A program made the position numbers and the translations under genes. 46,444 nt of DNA, from positions 1 through 46,444 of the forward strand of contig SVGF01000002.1 of the NCBI GenBank assembly GCA_015056475.1, given 5' to 3'. The notes under the pieces were generated by a model. That model did not search any database. It saw only the letters and a list, made by a program, of their open reading frames with translations, and was not told the origin of the DNA. The stretch is from Clostridiales bacterium (GTDB lineage Bacteria; Bacillota; Clostridia; HGM11327). Below, piece after piece: positions 27,663 to 35,975 of this stretch. Position 1 is the first letter of the stretch. The number at the start of each line of letters is the position of its first letter.

Positions 27663-29789
27663 ATGGATATAAAAATTGCACTTGCGGGAAATCCTAATTG
27701 CGGAAAAACAACTTTGTTTAATGCTCTTACGGGTTCCAATCAATTTGTGGGCAATTGGCCCGGTGTAACTGTGGAGAAAAAAGAGGGCAAGCTCAAAAAA
27801 TATGATGACGTTGTTTTGATGGACCTTCCGGGTATATACTCGCTTTCTCCCTATACGCTTGAGGAGGTAGTTTCAAGAAATTATCTCATAGGTGAGCGCC
27901 CTGATGCTATTCTTAATATAGTTGACGGTACAAATATCGAGAGAAATCTGTATCTTACCACACAGCTTACGGAAATAGGTATTCCCGTTGTAGTTGCGAT
28001 CAATATGATGGATATCGTTCGTAAAAATGGGGACAAGATCGATATTGAAAAATTGTCGCAAAAGCTTGGCTGTGAGGTCGTTGAGATATCCGCACTCAAG
28101 GGTACGGGCATCGACGAGGCGGCTGAGGCTGCTATCAGGGCTGCAAAGGGCGAAAAAACTGTTCCCAAGCACAGATTCTCCGGTATAGTTGAGCACGCGA
28201 TCGCTCACATCGAGGAAGCTGCTGTGCACGATATGCCAATCGAGCAGCAAAGATGGTACGCTATCAAGATATTTGAAAGAGATGAAAAGGTCCTTTCAAT
28301 GCTTAAAATAAGTGACGAACGTCTTGGACATATCGAAACTGATATACAGAGCGCAGAGGCTGAGCTTGATGACGACGCCGAAAGTATCATCACAAACGAA
28401 AGATACAATTACATAGCCACCGTGCTCAAGGATTGCTACAAAAAGAGATCAAAAGGCGATTATTCTACGTCAGATAAGATAGACAAAGTCTTGACAAACC
28501 GTTTCCTTGCTTTGCCTATATTCGCTCTGGTAATGTTCATCGTTTATTACGTATCGGTAACCACGGTCGGCACGCTCGTTACGGACTGGACTAACGACGT
28601 TCTTTTTGGTGAGATAATTACCCCTGCAGTAGATACCTTCCTTACAAATATTAATTGTGCAGATTGGCTCAAGGGTCTTATTGTTGACGGTATCATCGGC
28701 GGCGTTGGTGCCGTGATCGGATTTGTTCCTCAGATGCTCATACTTTTCTTCTTCCTTGCATTCCTTGAGGCTTGCGGATATATGACAAGAATTGCATTCA
28801 TAATGGACAGATTGTTCAAAAAATTCGGACTTTCGGGTAAATCGTTCATTCCCATGCTCATTGGTACGGGCTGCAGCGTTCCGGGAATCATGGCATCAAG
28901 AACCATCGAAAACGCAAGTGATCGCAGAATGACTATAATTACTACGTCATTCATTCCCTGCGGCGCAAAGCTCCCTATCATTGCTTTGATAGCGGGCGCG
29001 TTGTTTGGCGGTGCATGGTGGATAGCTCCAAGCGCCTACTTTGTAGGAATAGTAGCAGTGGTGTTGTCCGGTATTATCCTCAAAAAAACAAAGCTTTTTG
29101 CAGGAGATCCTTCTCCGTTTGTAATGGAGCTTCCGGCATATCACTTGCCCACGGTAGTGAACGTTTTAAGATCAATGTGGGAAAGAGGCTGGTCATTCAT
29201 CAAAAAGGCAGGTACGGTAATTCTTCTCTCATCCGTTGTTTTGTGGTTCTTGCAGGGCTTTGGCTTTGAAGACGGCGGCTTCGGCTTGGTTGAGGACTTG
29301 AACAATTCAATTCTTGCAAAGTTTGGTAACGTTATTGCGTGGATATTTGCTCCCTTGGGCTGGGGCTTCTGGCAGGCGGCTGTATCTGTAATAACGGGTC
29401 TTATTGCAAAGGAAAACGTAGTTGCAACGCTTGGTATCCTTTACGGCTTTGCAGAGGTTTCCGAGGCAGGCAACGAGATATGGAGTGCTTTGTCTGCGGA
29501 CATGAGCGCACTTGCAGCATACTCATTCCTCGTATTCAATCTGCTTTGCGCACCTTGCTTTGCGGCTATCGGCGCAATCAGACGAGAAATGAACAACGGC
29601 AAATGGACGTTGTTTGCAATAGGCTATCAGACTTTACTTGCTTACTGCGTATCCCTTGTTATCTATCAGGTTGGATCTGCAATTCAAGGCAACGTAAACG
29701 TCATAGGCTTGGCAGTATCCGTTGTAATTTTGGCTGTCGGTGCATATTTGATCTTCAGACCGGCAAAGAAAGCTGTTAAAAAACAATAA
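27663..29789 (+). CDS. feoB: Ferrous iron transporter B
   Basis: G-domain motif IALAGNPNCGKTTLFNALTG...DLPG, followed by a polytopic membrane domain; 708 aa. Confidence 0.95.
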   Translation: MDIKIALAGNPNCGKTTLFNALTGSNQFVGNWPGVTVEKKEGKLKKYDDVVLMDLPGIYSLSPYTLEEVVSRNYLIGERPDAILNIVDGTNIERNLYLTTQLTEIGIPVVVAINMMDIVRKNGDKIDIEKLSQKLGCEVVEISALKGTGIDEAAEAAIRAAKGEKTVPKHRFSGIVEHAIAHIEEAAVHDMPIEQQRWYAIKIFERDEKVLSMLKISDERLGHIETDIQSAEAELDDDAESIITNERYNYIATVLKDCYKKRSKGDYSTSDKIDKVLTNRFLALPIFALVMFIVYYVSVTTVGTLVTDWTNDVLFGEIITPAVDTFLTNINCADWLKGLIVDGIIGGVGAVIGFVPQMLILFFFLAFLEACGYMTRIAFIMDRLFKKFGLSGKSFIPMLIGTGCSVPGIMASRTIENASDRRMTIITTSFIPCGAKLPIIALIAGALFGGAWWIAPSAYFVGIVAVVLSGIILKKTKLFAGDPSPFVMELPAYHLPTVVNVLRSMWERGWSFIKKAGTVILLSSVVLWFLQGFGFEDGGFGLVEDLNNSILAKFGNVIAWIFAPLGWGFWQAAVSVITGLIAKENVVATLGILYGFAEVSEAGNEIWSALSADMSALAAYSFLVFNLLCAPCFAAIGAIRREMNNGKWTLFAIGYQTLLAYCVSLVIYQVGSAIQGNVNVIGLAVSVVILAVGAYLIFRPAKKAVKKQ

Positions 29790-29822
29790 TTATCAAAAAT
29801 AATAAAAAGGAGGATATCCCAT

Positions 29823-30014
29823 ATGGAGTTTTTAATAGAAAACGCATCTACGATAATAATATCGCTCGTACTCGTTGTGGTACTGGCTTTGATAGCCAGA
29901 TCAGAAGTTAAGAAAAGGAAAGCGGGCAAAACGTCCTGCGGCTGCGGCTGTGGTTGCGCGGGATGTCCGTCAGCGGGAATATGCCATAAAGCACAGCCTG
30001 CTGAAAAGAAATAA
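29823..30014 (+). CDS. FeoB-associated Cys-rich membrane peptide
   Basis: 63 aa with one TM helix and then SCGCGCGCAGCPSAGIC. It follows feoB directly and has a GGAGGA RBS. Confidence 0.75.
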   Translation: MEFLIENASTIIISLVLVVVLALIARSEVKKRKAGKTSCGCGCGCAGCPSAGICHKAQPAEKK

Positions 30015-30099
30015 TAAAACGTACAAGTCAAACACACTTCATGAATAAATACCAAAACACTCACGATAAACAAAAAAGTTTGTCGTGAGTGTTTTTGTG

Positions 30100-31017
30100 C
30101 TATATAACTTTTACTTCTACTGAAACCTTGTCTGCAATGTAACTGCAAACGTCGTCAAGCTCTGATCTTTCCAAAAATTCGCTTCTGTCATAATCGCAAG
30201 TGCGTCCTAAAGAAACGGCTTTTCCTATTCCCATCGGATGGTACGGCTCAAGATGTATTTCCTGTACGTTGGGATATTTGTTTGCAAGCTCGGCTATGGC
30301 GTTGTAATGATCCTCGTTCATGTTTACGTCGGGGATCATTGGACAGCGCAGTATCACGCTTGCGCCCATAGCGCAAATGAGCTTAAGATTTTCCAATATA
30401 AGCTCGTTATTTACTCCTGTGTATTTTTTATGGAGTGCGCTGTCGGTCAGCTTGTAGTCGAACAAGAATATATCGCAAAGCTCGGCGATCCTTTTTATGT
30501 CTTCTGCTTTACCGTATCCGCAGGTCTCAATGCAGGTGTGGATTCCTTTATCCTTGCATGCCAAAAGCAACGCAAAAGTAAATTCGCTCTGAAAAAGAGG
30601 CTCCCCACCCGATATAGTAACACCGCCCGAACGCTTGTAGAATACTCTGTCCGCAAGGACTTCGTCCATAATTTCACAAACGGTAATTTCTCTGCCCGAT
30701 ATTTCAAGCGCATCGGCACAGCAGGTCAACGTGCATTTGCCGCAAAGCCCGCAACGCTCTCTGTTTACGTTGTGTATTCCGTTTTCAAATGAGTGGACAC
30801 CGTTTTTACAAACGGAAGCACAAATTCCGCAATCGGTACATTTGTATTGACGGAACATATATTCGCAGGCATTGCTTTGGGACTCGGGATTGTGGCACCA
30901 GGCACATCTTAACGGGCACCCTTTCAGGAAGACCGTTGTCCTTATTCCCGGGCCGTCGTCCACGCAAAAATGCTGTACGTTTATTATCGTTCCCGAAATA
31001 TTTGTATTATTTTCCAT
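30100..31017 (-). CDS. Glycyl-radical enzyme activating protein (radical SAM, with two auxiliary ferredoxin-type cluster motifs)
   Basis: VDDGPGIRTTVFLKGCPLRCAWCHNPES (CX3CX2C), then CTDCGICASVC and CGLCGKCTLTC. ATG 31017 lies 8 nt after the stop of the upstream glycyl-radical enzyme gene. Confidence 0.85.
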   Translation of the reverse strand: MENNTNISGTIINVQHFCVDDGPGIRTTVFLKGCPLRCAWCHNPESQSNACEYMFRQYKCTDCGICASVCKNGVHSFENGIHNVNRERCGLCGKCTLTCCADALEISGREITVCEIMDEVLADRVFYKRSGGVTISGGEPLFQSEFTFALLLACKDKGIHTCIETCGYGKAEDIKRIAELCDIFLFDYKLTDSALHKKYTGVNNELILENLKLICAMGASVILRCPMIPDVNMNEDHYNAIAELANKYPNVQEIHLEPYHPMGIGKAVSLGRTCDYDRSEFLERSELDDVCSYIADKVSVEVKVI

Positions 31018-31024
31018 AAATTTA

Positions 31025-33031
31025 TCAGCCCTCAAACATTGTGCGAGCAATTACGGCATCCTGAAGCTCATTGCTTAGTGCGGTAAAATAATGCGAATAG
31101 CCGCCGACGCGCACTATAAGATCTCTGTGAGCATCGGGATTTTTCTTTGCATCGAGCAGGGTCTCTCTGTTTGTGCAGGTTATTTGTATCTGCGTTCCGC
31201 CCATTTCAAAATAACCTTCTATGAGGCTTCTCAAAACGTTTGAGTTGAATTTCCTTGTTATGCTGAGGTTGAGCACGGGTATTGAGTAAACCATACTCTG
31301 GTCAAAGCTTGCGGCACTTTTTAACATCATGGTTGGACCTTTAACTGCTTTTCCGTTTACCGCCGCAATGGAATCCGCAACGGGCTCGCCCTTCTTTCGT
31401 CCGTCGGGAGTGTTGCCAACGGCAAAGCCCTCGTCTATATGGCGCACAAATTGGTGGCTTGTGGGTAAGAATCCATCGCCTACGTCGAGCTTTGCATTGC
31501 GGTAATGCGTGTAGAATCTCTTTGTCAGATCGTTGATAAGCTCATCCGCAACATCATCTCCCACTCCGTATGAGTGGCATGAACGTGAAAGCGCAAGGAA
31601 TTTTTGGTCCCTTGTATCTATTGCCGAGATCAATTCCTCTGCGGTGTATTCCTTTCTCTCAAAAACAAGCTCTTTTACAACTAATAGAGAATCAATCGTA
31701 TTCGGAATTCCGCTGTCGGACGGGGTCGCCCAAGTGTAGCGCGCACCGCCTGAGTAATATCCCTTTTCGTTTGCTATGCAATCGTCCGTAAAAAGTGTAC
31801 GGAAAGGCGCAAACGATATCTCTGAGCGTTTATTGTAATAATCGTTTATAAAGCATATTACGTCATCCTGAGCTTCCTTAAGGCGAGTCATGAATTTTTC
31901 ATAAAGCTCATCAAAGGTATTACAGTAGCACAATTCCTTTCTCATAACCTCATCAAATACCTTCAGTACGTTTAAGTTGATGTCTATGCCGCCCGAAAAC
32001 GTCATTCCGGAGATATTTGTTTCTGTGCAGCCCATTCCAGCAAATTGGTATATATCTTCTTGGGATGCGGACGCAAAACGCTCCTGTAGTCTTTCTTGAA
32101 TTGCGTTTTCATTATAGAATGCGGGCTGTCCGTCACCCGAAAGCACTCGCTCTATAGCGGCTTCCCAGATATCATCGGGCATATCGGGAGTTGTCCTTAA
32201 TTCTATCATAGGACGTGCCTCACCAACCGTTGCGTTAAGATATTGCTTTGTAAGCTCACTGTATTCAGGACCTATTGTCACGCTCCAGTTATTGGTGTAA
32301 GCAAGGCGCATCATAAGGCATCTCAGCTCCTTTGTCAAGTCCTCGCCCTTCCAATATTTCGGCAGCCAGCCGTCAATAAATCCTATATTGTCGCATCCGT
32401 CAAGGCAAAGCACAAAATTACACGAAACTATTGCTTCATACGCCGTTTGGGCAGGCTCAAACGGAACTTTTTTGAGCGCGGAAATGAGTCTTTCCTCAGC
32501 GTTTGAGGCTTCGAGGTGCTCTATCATTCTTTTGTGATATGTGCGAATTCCCACGAAAAGATCAAGCAACGCCTCACGAAGATCATCGTTTTTCATTTGG
32601 CGGATCCTTTCCTCGTAGGAATTGAGTCCCTCACCGACCGTGCGCTTAAAATTGGGCGCAGAGTGATTCCAGGCATCAAGCGTTGCCGCATAGCGCGTGC
32701 CGTCGGCCCTGCTGTTCACGTTGAGAAAATCACCGTGCTTTTTGTCGAATTCTCTGAATATTTGCTCACATTCCTCGCTCTTTGATCTCAGTCTGCCCAT
32801 ATCAGCCCAATACTGACGGCAATATTGAGGGTTTACAGCCCAATCACCGCAATCCAGATTTCTATAAGGATACAGCGCATCGTGCGGCTTATATTTCGGC
32901 AACGGTACAAGCTCCAAAAGGCGTCTGTATGCCCTGCAAAAAGCTCTTGCGGGGGACGCGTTTTCAATTTCAAAAAAGCCTGCGGCAAATGGCTCGCCTA
33001 TATCGTAGAATAATTTTGCTGTGTTTGTCAT
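31025..33031 (-). CDS. Glycyl-radical enzyme of unknown substrate (PFL-like superfamily, short 668-aa form)
   Basis: The C-terminus ...DLIVRVGGYSHYFTALSNELQDAVIARTMFEG contains the RVxG[FWY] glycyl-radical fingerprint. There is an internal Cys loop, FAGMGCTETNISG. AAGGAG lies upstream of ATG 33031. Confidence 0.8.
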   Translation of the reverse strand: MTNTAKLFYDIGEPFAAGFFEIENASPARAFCRAYRRLLELVPLPKYKPHDALYPYRNLDCGDWAVNPQYCRQYWADMGRLRSKSEECEQIFREFDKKHGDFLNVNSRADGTRYAATLDAWNHSAPNFKRTVGEGLNSYEERIRQMKNDDLREALLDLFVGIRTYHKRMIEHLEASNAEERLISALKKVPFEPAQTAYEAIVSCNFVLCLDGCDNIGFIDGWLPKYWKGEDLTKELRCLMMRLAYTNNWSVTIGPEYSELTKQYLNATVGEARPMIELRTTPDMPDDIWEAAIERVLSGDGQPAFYNENAIQERLQERFASASQEDIYQFAGMGCTETNISGMTFSGGIDINLNVLKVFDEVMRKELCYCNTFDELYEKFMTRLKEAQDDVICFINDYYNKRSEISFAPFRTLFTDDCIANEKGYYSGGARYTWATPSDSGIPNTIDSLLVVKELVFERKEYTAEELISAIDTRDQKFLALSRSCHSYGVGDDVADELINDLTKRFYTHYRNAKLDVGDGFLPTSHQFVRHIDEGFAVGNTPDGRKKGEPVADSIAAVNGKAVKGPTMMLKSAASFDQSMVYSIPVLNLSITRKFNSNVLRSLIEGYFEMGGTQIQITCTNRETLLDAKKNPDAHRDLIVRVGGYSHYFTALSNELQDAVIARTMFEG

Positions 33032-33054
33032 AGCTGTGCTCCTTATAATGGGAT

Positions 33055-33105
33055 ATGATTATTGTAGCATATCAATAATCATTTGTCAACTGAGCAGTTG
33101 ACAAA
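33055..33105. promoter_or_regulatory. Two abutting palindromes overlapping the promoter of the glycyl-radical enzyme gene (candidate operators)
   Basis: Palindrome A: ATGATTATTG-N8-CAATAATCAT (33055-33082), perfect 10-bp arms. Palindrome B: TTTGTCAACTG-AG-CAGTTGACAAA (33082-33105), perfect 11-bp arms. The minus-strand promoter is TTGACA (33089-33084), 17-nt spacer, TACAAT (33066-33061), and it lies inside both. The plus-strand promoter TTGATT (33125-33130), 17-nt spacer, TATAAT (33148-33153) lies just outside. Confidence 0.6.
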
Positions 33106-33188
33106 AATATTCATGTAATTCCTATTGATTTTTCTTGCAAAGTATTGTATAATGTAAAGAAAGGTAAAAAATATCGGAGGTGTGGTTC

Positions 33189-34070
33189 ATGTCTGCAAAC
33201 ATATCAGACAAGGCTCTTAGGCTCATACAAAAAATGCAGCAAAACGAGCTCAATGAAAGCGTAATTTACGAAAAAATAGCTAAATTCGCAAAGGGTGACG
33301 AAAATAAAAAGACTCTTTTGCGCCTCGCAAAGGAAGAAAAGGCACATTGCGATATATGGCAAAAATATACGGGAGCGATGCCAAAGATCAACAAGCTCAA
33401 GGTGTTCAAATTTGTGTTTATTGCATGGCTTCTGGGCTTTACGTTTACAATAAAGCTTATGGAAAAGGGCGAAGCCTCCGCGCAGGATGAATACGCGATC
33501 ATTGAGGCTGAGGTAGAGGAGAGTGCTCACATCCGTCAGCAGGAGGAGGAGCACGAGGAGGCGCTCATTGCCATGCTTGACGAAGAAAGACTTCAATACG
33601 TCGGAAGCATGGTTTTAGGCTTGAATGACGCGCTTGTGGAGCTTACGGGCTCTCTGGCAGGGTTTACCTTTGCTATGCAAAATACGCGTCTTATTGCGCT
33701 TTCGGGCCTTATAATAGGCATTTCTGCAACGTTCTCAATGGCTTCCAGCGAGTTTTTGGCGGCACGAAGCGAGGGAAGAACGGATGCCTTAAAGTCCTGC
33801 TCATATACGGGTGTGGCTTATCTTATTACGGTAGTGCTTCTTATATTGCCGTATCTTTTGTTTGACGTTACTCAGTACATACCTGCACTCATATGCATGA
33901 TGGTCATAGTGGTCCTCATAATTGCAGGCTTTACGTATTATACGTCGGTAGCTCAGGGGCAGAAGTTCAAGTCGCGTTTCTTAGAAATGGCGCTCATAAG
34001 CATAGGTGTGGCTGTGGTATCATTCTTTGTAGGTATTGCCGCAAAGCATTTCCTTGGCGTTGACATTTAA
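33189..34070 (+). CDS. Ferritin-like (rubrerythrin-type) domain fused to a VIT1/CCC1-family Fe/Mn transporter
   Basis: The N-terminal four-helix pattern NESVIYEKIA...LAKEEKAHCDIW...IEAEVEESAHIRQQEEEHEEAL is followed by TM helices (GLNDALVELTGSLAG typical of VIT1). ATG 33189 follows GGAGG. Confidence 0.8.
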   Translation: MSANISDKALRLIQKMQQNELNESVIYEKIAKFAKGDENKKTLLRLAKEEKAHCDIWQKYTGAMPKINKLKVFKFVFIAWLLGFTFTIKLMEKGEASAQDEYAIIEAEVEESAHIRQQEEEHEEALIAMLDEERLQYVGSMVLGLNDALVELTGSLAGFTFAMQNTRLIALSGLIIGISATFSMASSEFLAARSEGRTDALKSCSYTGVAYLITVVLLILPYLLFDVTQYIPALICMMVIVVLIIAGFTYYTSVAQGQKFKSRFLEMALISIGVAVVSFFVGIAAKHFLGVDI

Positions 34071-34086
34071 TTTCGGGGGTAAAATT

Positions 34087-34455
34087 ATGAAGATACACGA
34101 ATCGGCTGAGAATTATCTCGAAACTATATTGATACTCGAAAAGCGCAAGGGTGCTGTGCGCTCAATAGACATTGCAAACGAGCTCGAATACACAAAGCCC
34201 AGCGTCAGCGTAGCAATGAAGCAATTAAGGCTTGGCGAATATATAGATATGGATAAAAGCGGTTATATAGTATTGCGCGAAAAGGGCAGAGCAATAGCCG
34301 AAAGAATGTACGAAAGGCATACCATGCTTACGGGCTGGCTCAAAATGCTCGGCGTAAGTGACGAGGTAGCCTCCGAGGACGCTTGTAAAATTGAACACGT
34401 AATAAGTGCCGAGAGCTTTGAGGCAATAAAGTCTTACGTTGAATCACAAAAATAA
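34087..34455 (+). CDS. DtxR/MntR-family metal-dependent transcriptional regulator (no SH3-like domain)
   Basis: MKIHESAENYLETILILEKRKGAVRSIDIANELEYTKPSVSVAMKQL..., followed by a dimerisation/metal region; 122 aa. It starts 16 nt after the VIT1-fusion stop. Confidence 0.8.
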   Translation: MKIHESAENYLETILILEKRKGAVRSIDIANELEYTKPSVSVAMKQLRLGEYIDMDKSGYIVLREKGRAIAERMYERHTMLTGWLKMLGVSDEVASEDACKIEHVISAESFEAIKSYVESQK

Positions 34456-34489
34456 AAGCTTATAAAAGCTGAATGAAAGGATATAAATT

Positions 34490-35350
34490 ATGAAATTAGG
34501 TGTAAGTGCATACAGTTATTTTGGTGCTTTGTCCGATAATTTTACAGTTGCGGACGCCATCAAGCACGCAAAAAAGACAGGCTTTGACGGTATTGAGTTT
34601 TTAACAGGTATGAAGTGGAAGGACTTAAACGAAACGGATTCAATGAAGGCGTTCCACGATATGTGCGGCGAGGAGGGCTTGGAGATATATTCTCTTGACG
34701 GCGGAACAAATTTCCTCGGCGATACTGCGGCTGCAATAGCTTCTGCAAAGAAGATGGTTGATAACGCCGTTGCGTTGGGCTCACCCGCCATCCGTTGCGA
34801 TACTCTCGGCGGCGATTTTGGTATTGCAGGTGCTTCCGGCATTCACGGCGCTATTAAGATTATCGCTGATGCCGTTCGTCAGGTTGCAGATTACGGCGCA
34901 GAAAAAGGCGTTAAGGTAATGGTTGAAAATCACGGCATCATAATGCAGGACAGCTTTATTGTAGAGGAGCTTATCAACACGGTGGCACATCCCAACTACG
35001 GTGCGCTCGTTGATATCGGTAATTTCCTTTGTGCGGATGAGGATCCCGTAACAGCTGTTGGCAGAATGGCGAGATACGCTATGCACGTTCATGCAAAGGA
35101 TTTCCACACAAAGAGCGGAAGCGAGATATTCCTCCCCACAAACGGCTGGTTTGGCACAAGGGGCGGCAACTACTTGAGAGGTGCTATCCTCGGTCACGGT
35201 AACGTGCCGGTATATCAGTGCCTAAAGATACTTGCAGGCAAGGGCTATCAGGGAGCTGTTTCTCTTGAATTTGAGGGTATGGAGCCGCCTGTATTTGCAA
35301 TTGAGTCCGCATTCGGTGCACTCAATAAGGCAAGAACACTCATAGGCTGA
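34490..35350 (+). CDS. Sugar phosphate isomerase/epimerase (xylose-isomerase-like TIM barrel)
   Basis: ...GFDGIEF..., ...VENHG..., ...DIGNF..., ...VHAKD..., ...SLEFEG metal-ligand pattern; 286 aa. Confidence 0.75.
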   Translation: MKLGVSAYSYFGALSDNFTVADAIKHAKKTGFDGIEFLTGMKWKDLNETDSMKAFHDMCGEEGLEIYSLDGGTNFLGDTAAAIASAKKMVDNAVALGSPAIRCDTLGGDFGIAGASGIHGAIKIIADAVRQVADYGAEKGVKVMVENHGIIMQDSFIVEELINTVAHPNYGALVDIGNFLCADEDPVTAVGRMARYAMHVHAKDFHTKSGSEIFLPTNGWFGTRGGNYLRGAILGHGNVPVYQCLKILAGKGYQGAVSLEFEGMEPPVFAIESAFGALNKARTLIG

Positions 35351-35351
35351 T

Positions 35352-35834
35352 ATGCAGAGGATAAATATAGTCTGCTTTGGCAAGCTCAAGGAAGCTTTTT
35401 GGCGTGACGCAGTTGCTGAGTATTCAAAGCGGTTGAATGCCTTTTGTAAGCTGACGATCACCGAAATAAACGAGGAGCCGTTGTCACAAAAGCCGTCCGA
35501 CAGGGAGATAGAGCAGGCGCTTGAGGCTGAGGCGGATATCGCAATGAAACATATCCCCGAAAGAAGCTACGTTTTTGCGCTCTGTGTTGAGGGCACTCAG
35601 ATGACGTCCGAGGAGCTTTCTGCAAAGCTTGATAATATAGGAGTAAGCGGCGCAGGCGACGTAACGTTTCTTATAGGCTCGTCGTACGGATTGTCAAAGA
35701 GATTAAAAGCAAGGGCTGACTGCAGAATATCATTCTCAAAGATGACGTTTCCCCACCAGCTTATGCGAGTGATACTCACAGAGCAGATATACAGAGCTTA
35801 TACAATAAGCACAGGAAAAAGCTATCACAAATAA
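35352..35834 (+). CDS. rlmH: 23S rRNA (pseudouridine1915-N3)-methyltransferase
   Basis: MQRINIVCFGKLKEAFWRDAVAEYSKRL...FLIGSSYGL...SFSKMTFPHQLMRVIL.EQIYRA SPOUT pattern; 160 aa. Confidence 0.9.
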   Translation: MQRINIVCFGKLKEAFWRDAVAEYSKRLNAFCKLTITEINEEPLSQKPSDREIEQALEAEADIAMKHIPERSYVFALCVEGTQMTSEELSAKLDNIGVSGAGDVTFLIGSSYGLSKRLKARADCRISFSKMTFPHQLMRVILTEQIYRAYTISTGKSYHK

Positions 35835-35975
35835 GTAATATCACCCCGATGGAAATATTCTGTCGGGGTGATTTGTTTGTTTTGCGCAAATTTCGACAAA
35901 TTTCTGATTTTACCGTTGACAATGCCACTTGTGTGTAATATAATATAACTGTATTCTGAATAAGGGGGTGCCCAT

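Noticed and set aside
29339-29779. 146-aa Cys/Arg-rich plus-strand ORF, plus minus-strand ORFs within and just beyond feoB (to about 30148)
   Set aside because: These are alternative frames within the feoB membrane domain. FeoB is continuous and conserved across the region.
29930-29965. TGCGGCTGCGGCTGTGGTTGCGCG micro-repeat
   Set aside because: It is simply the codons for the CGCGCGC motif of the FeoB-associated Cys-rich peptide, not an independent repeat element.
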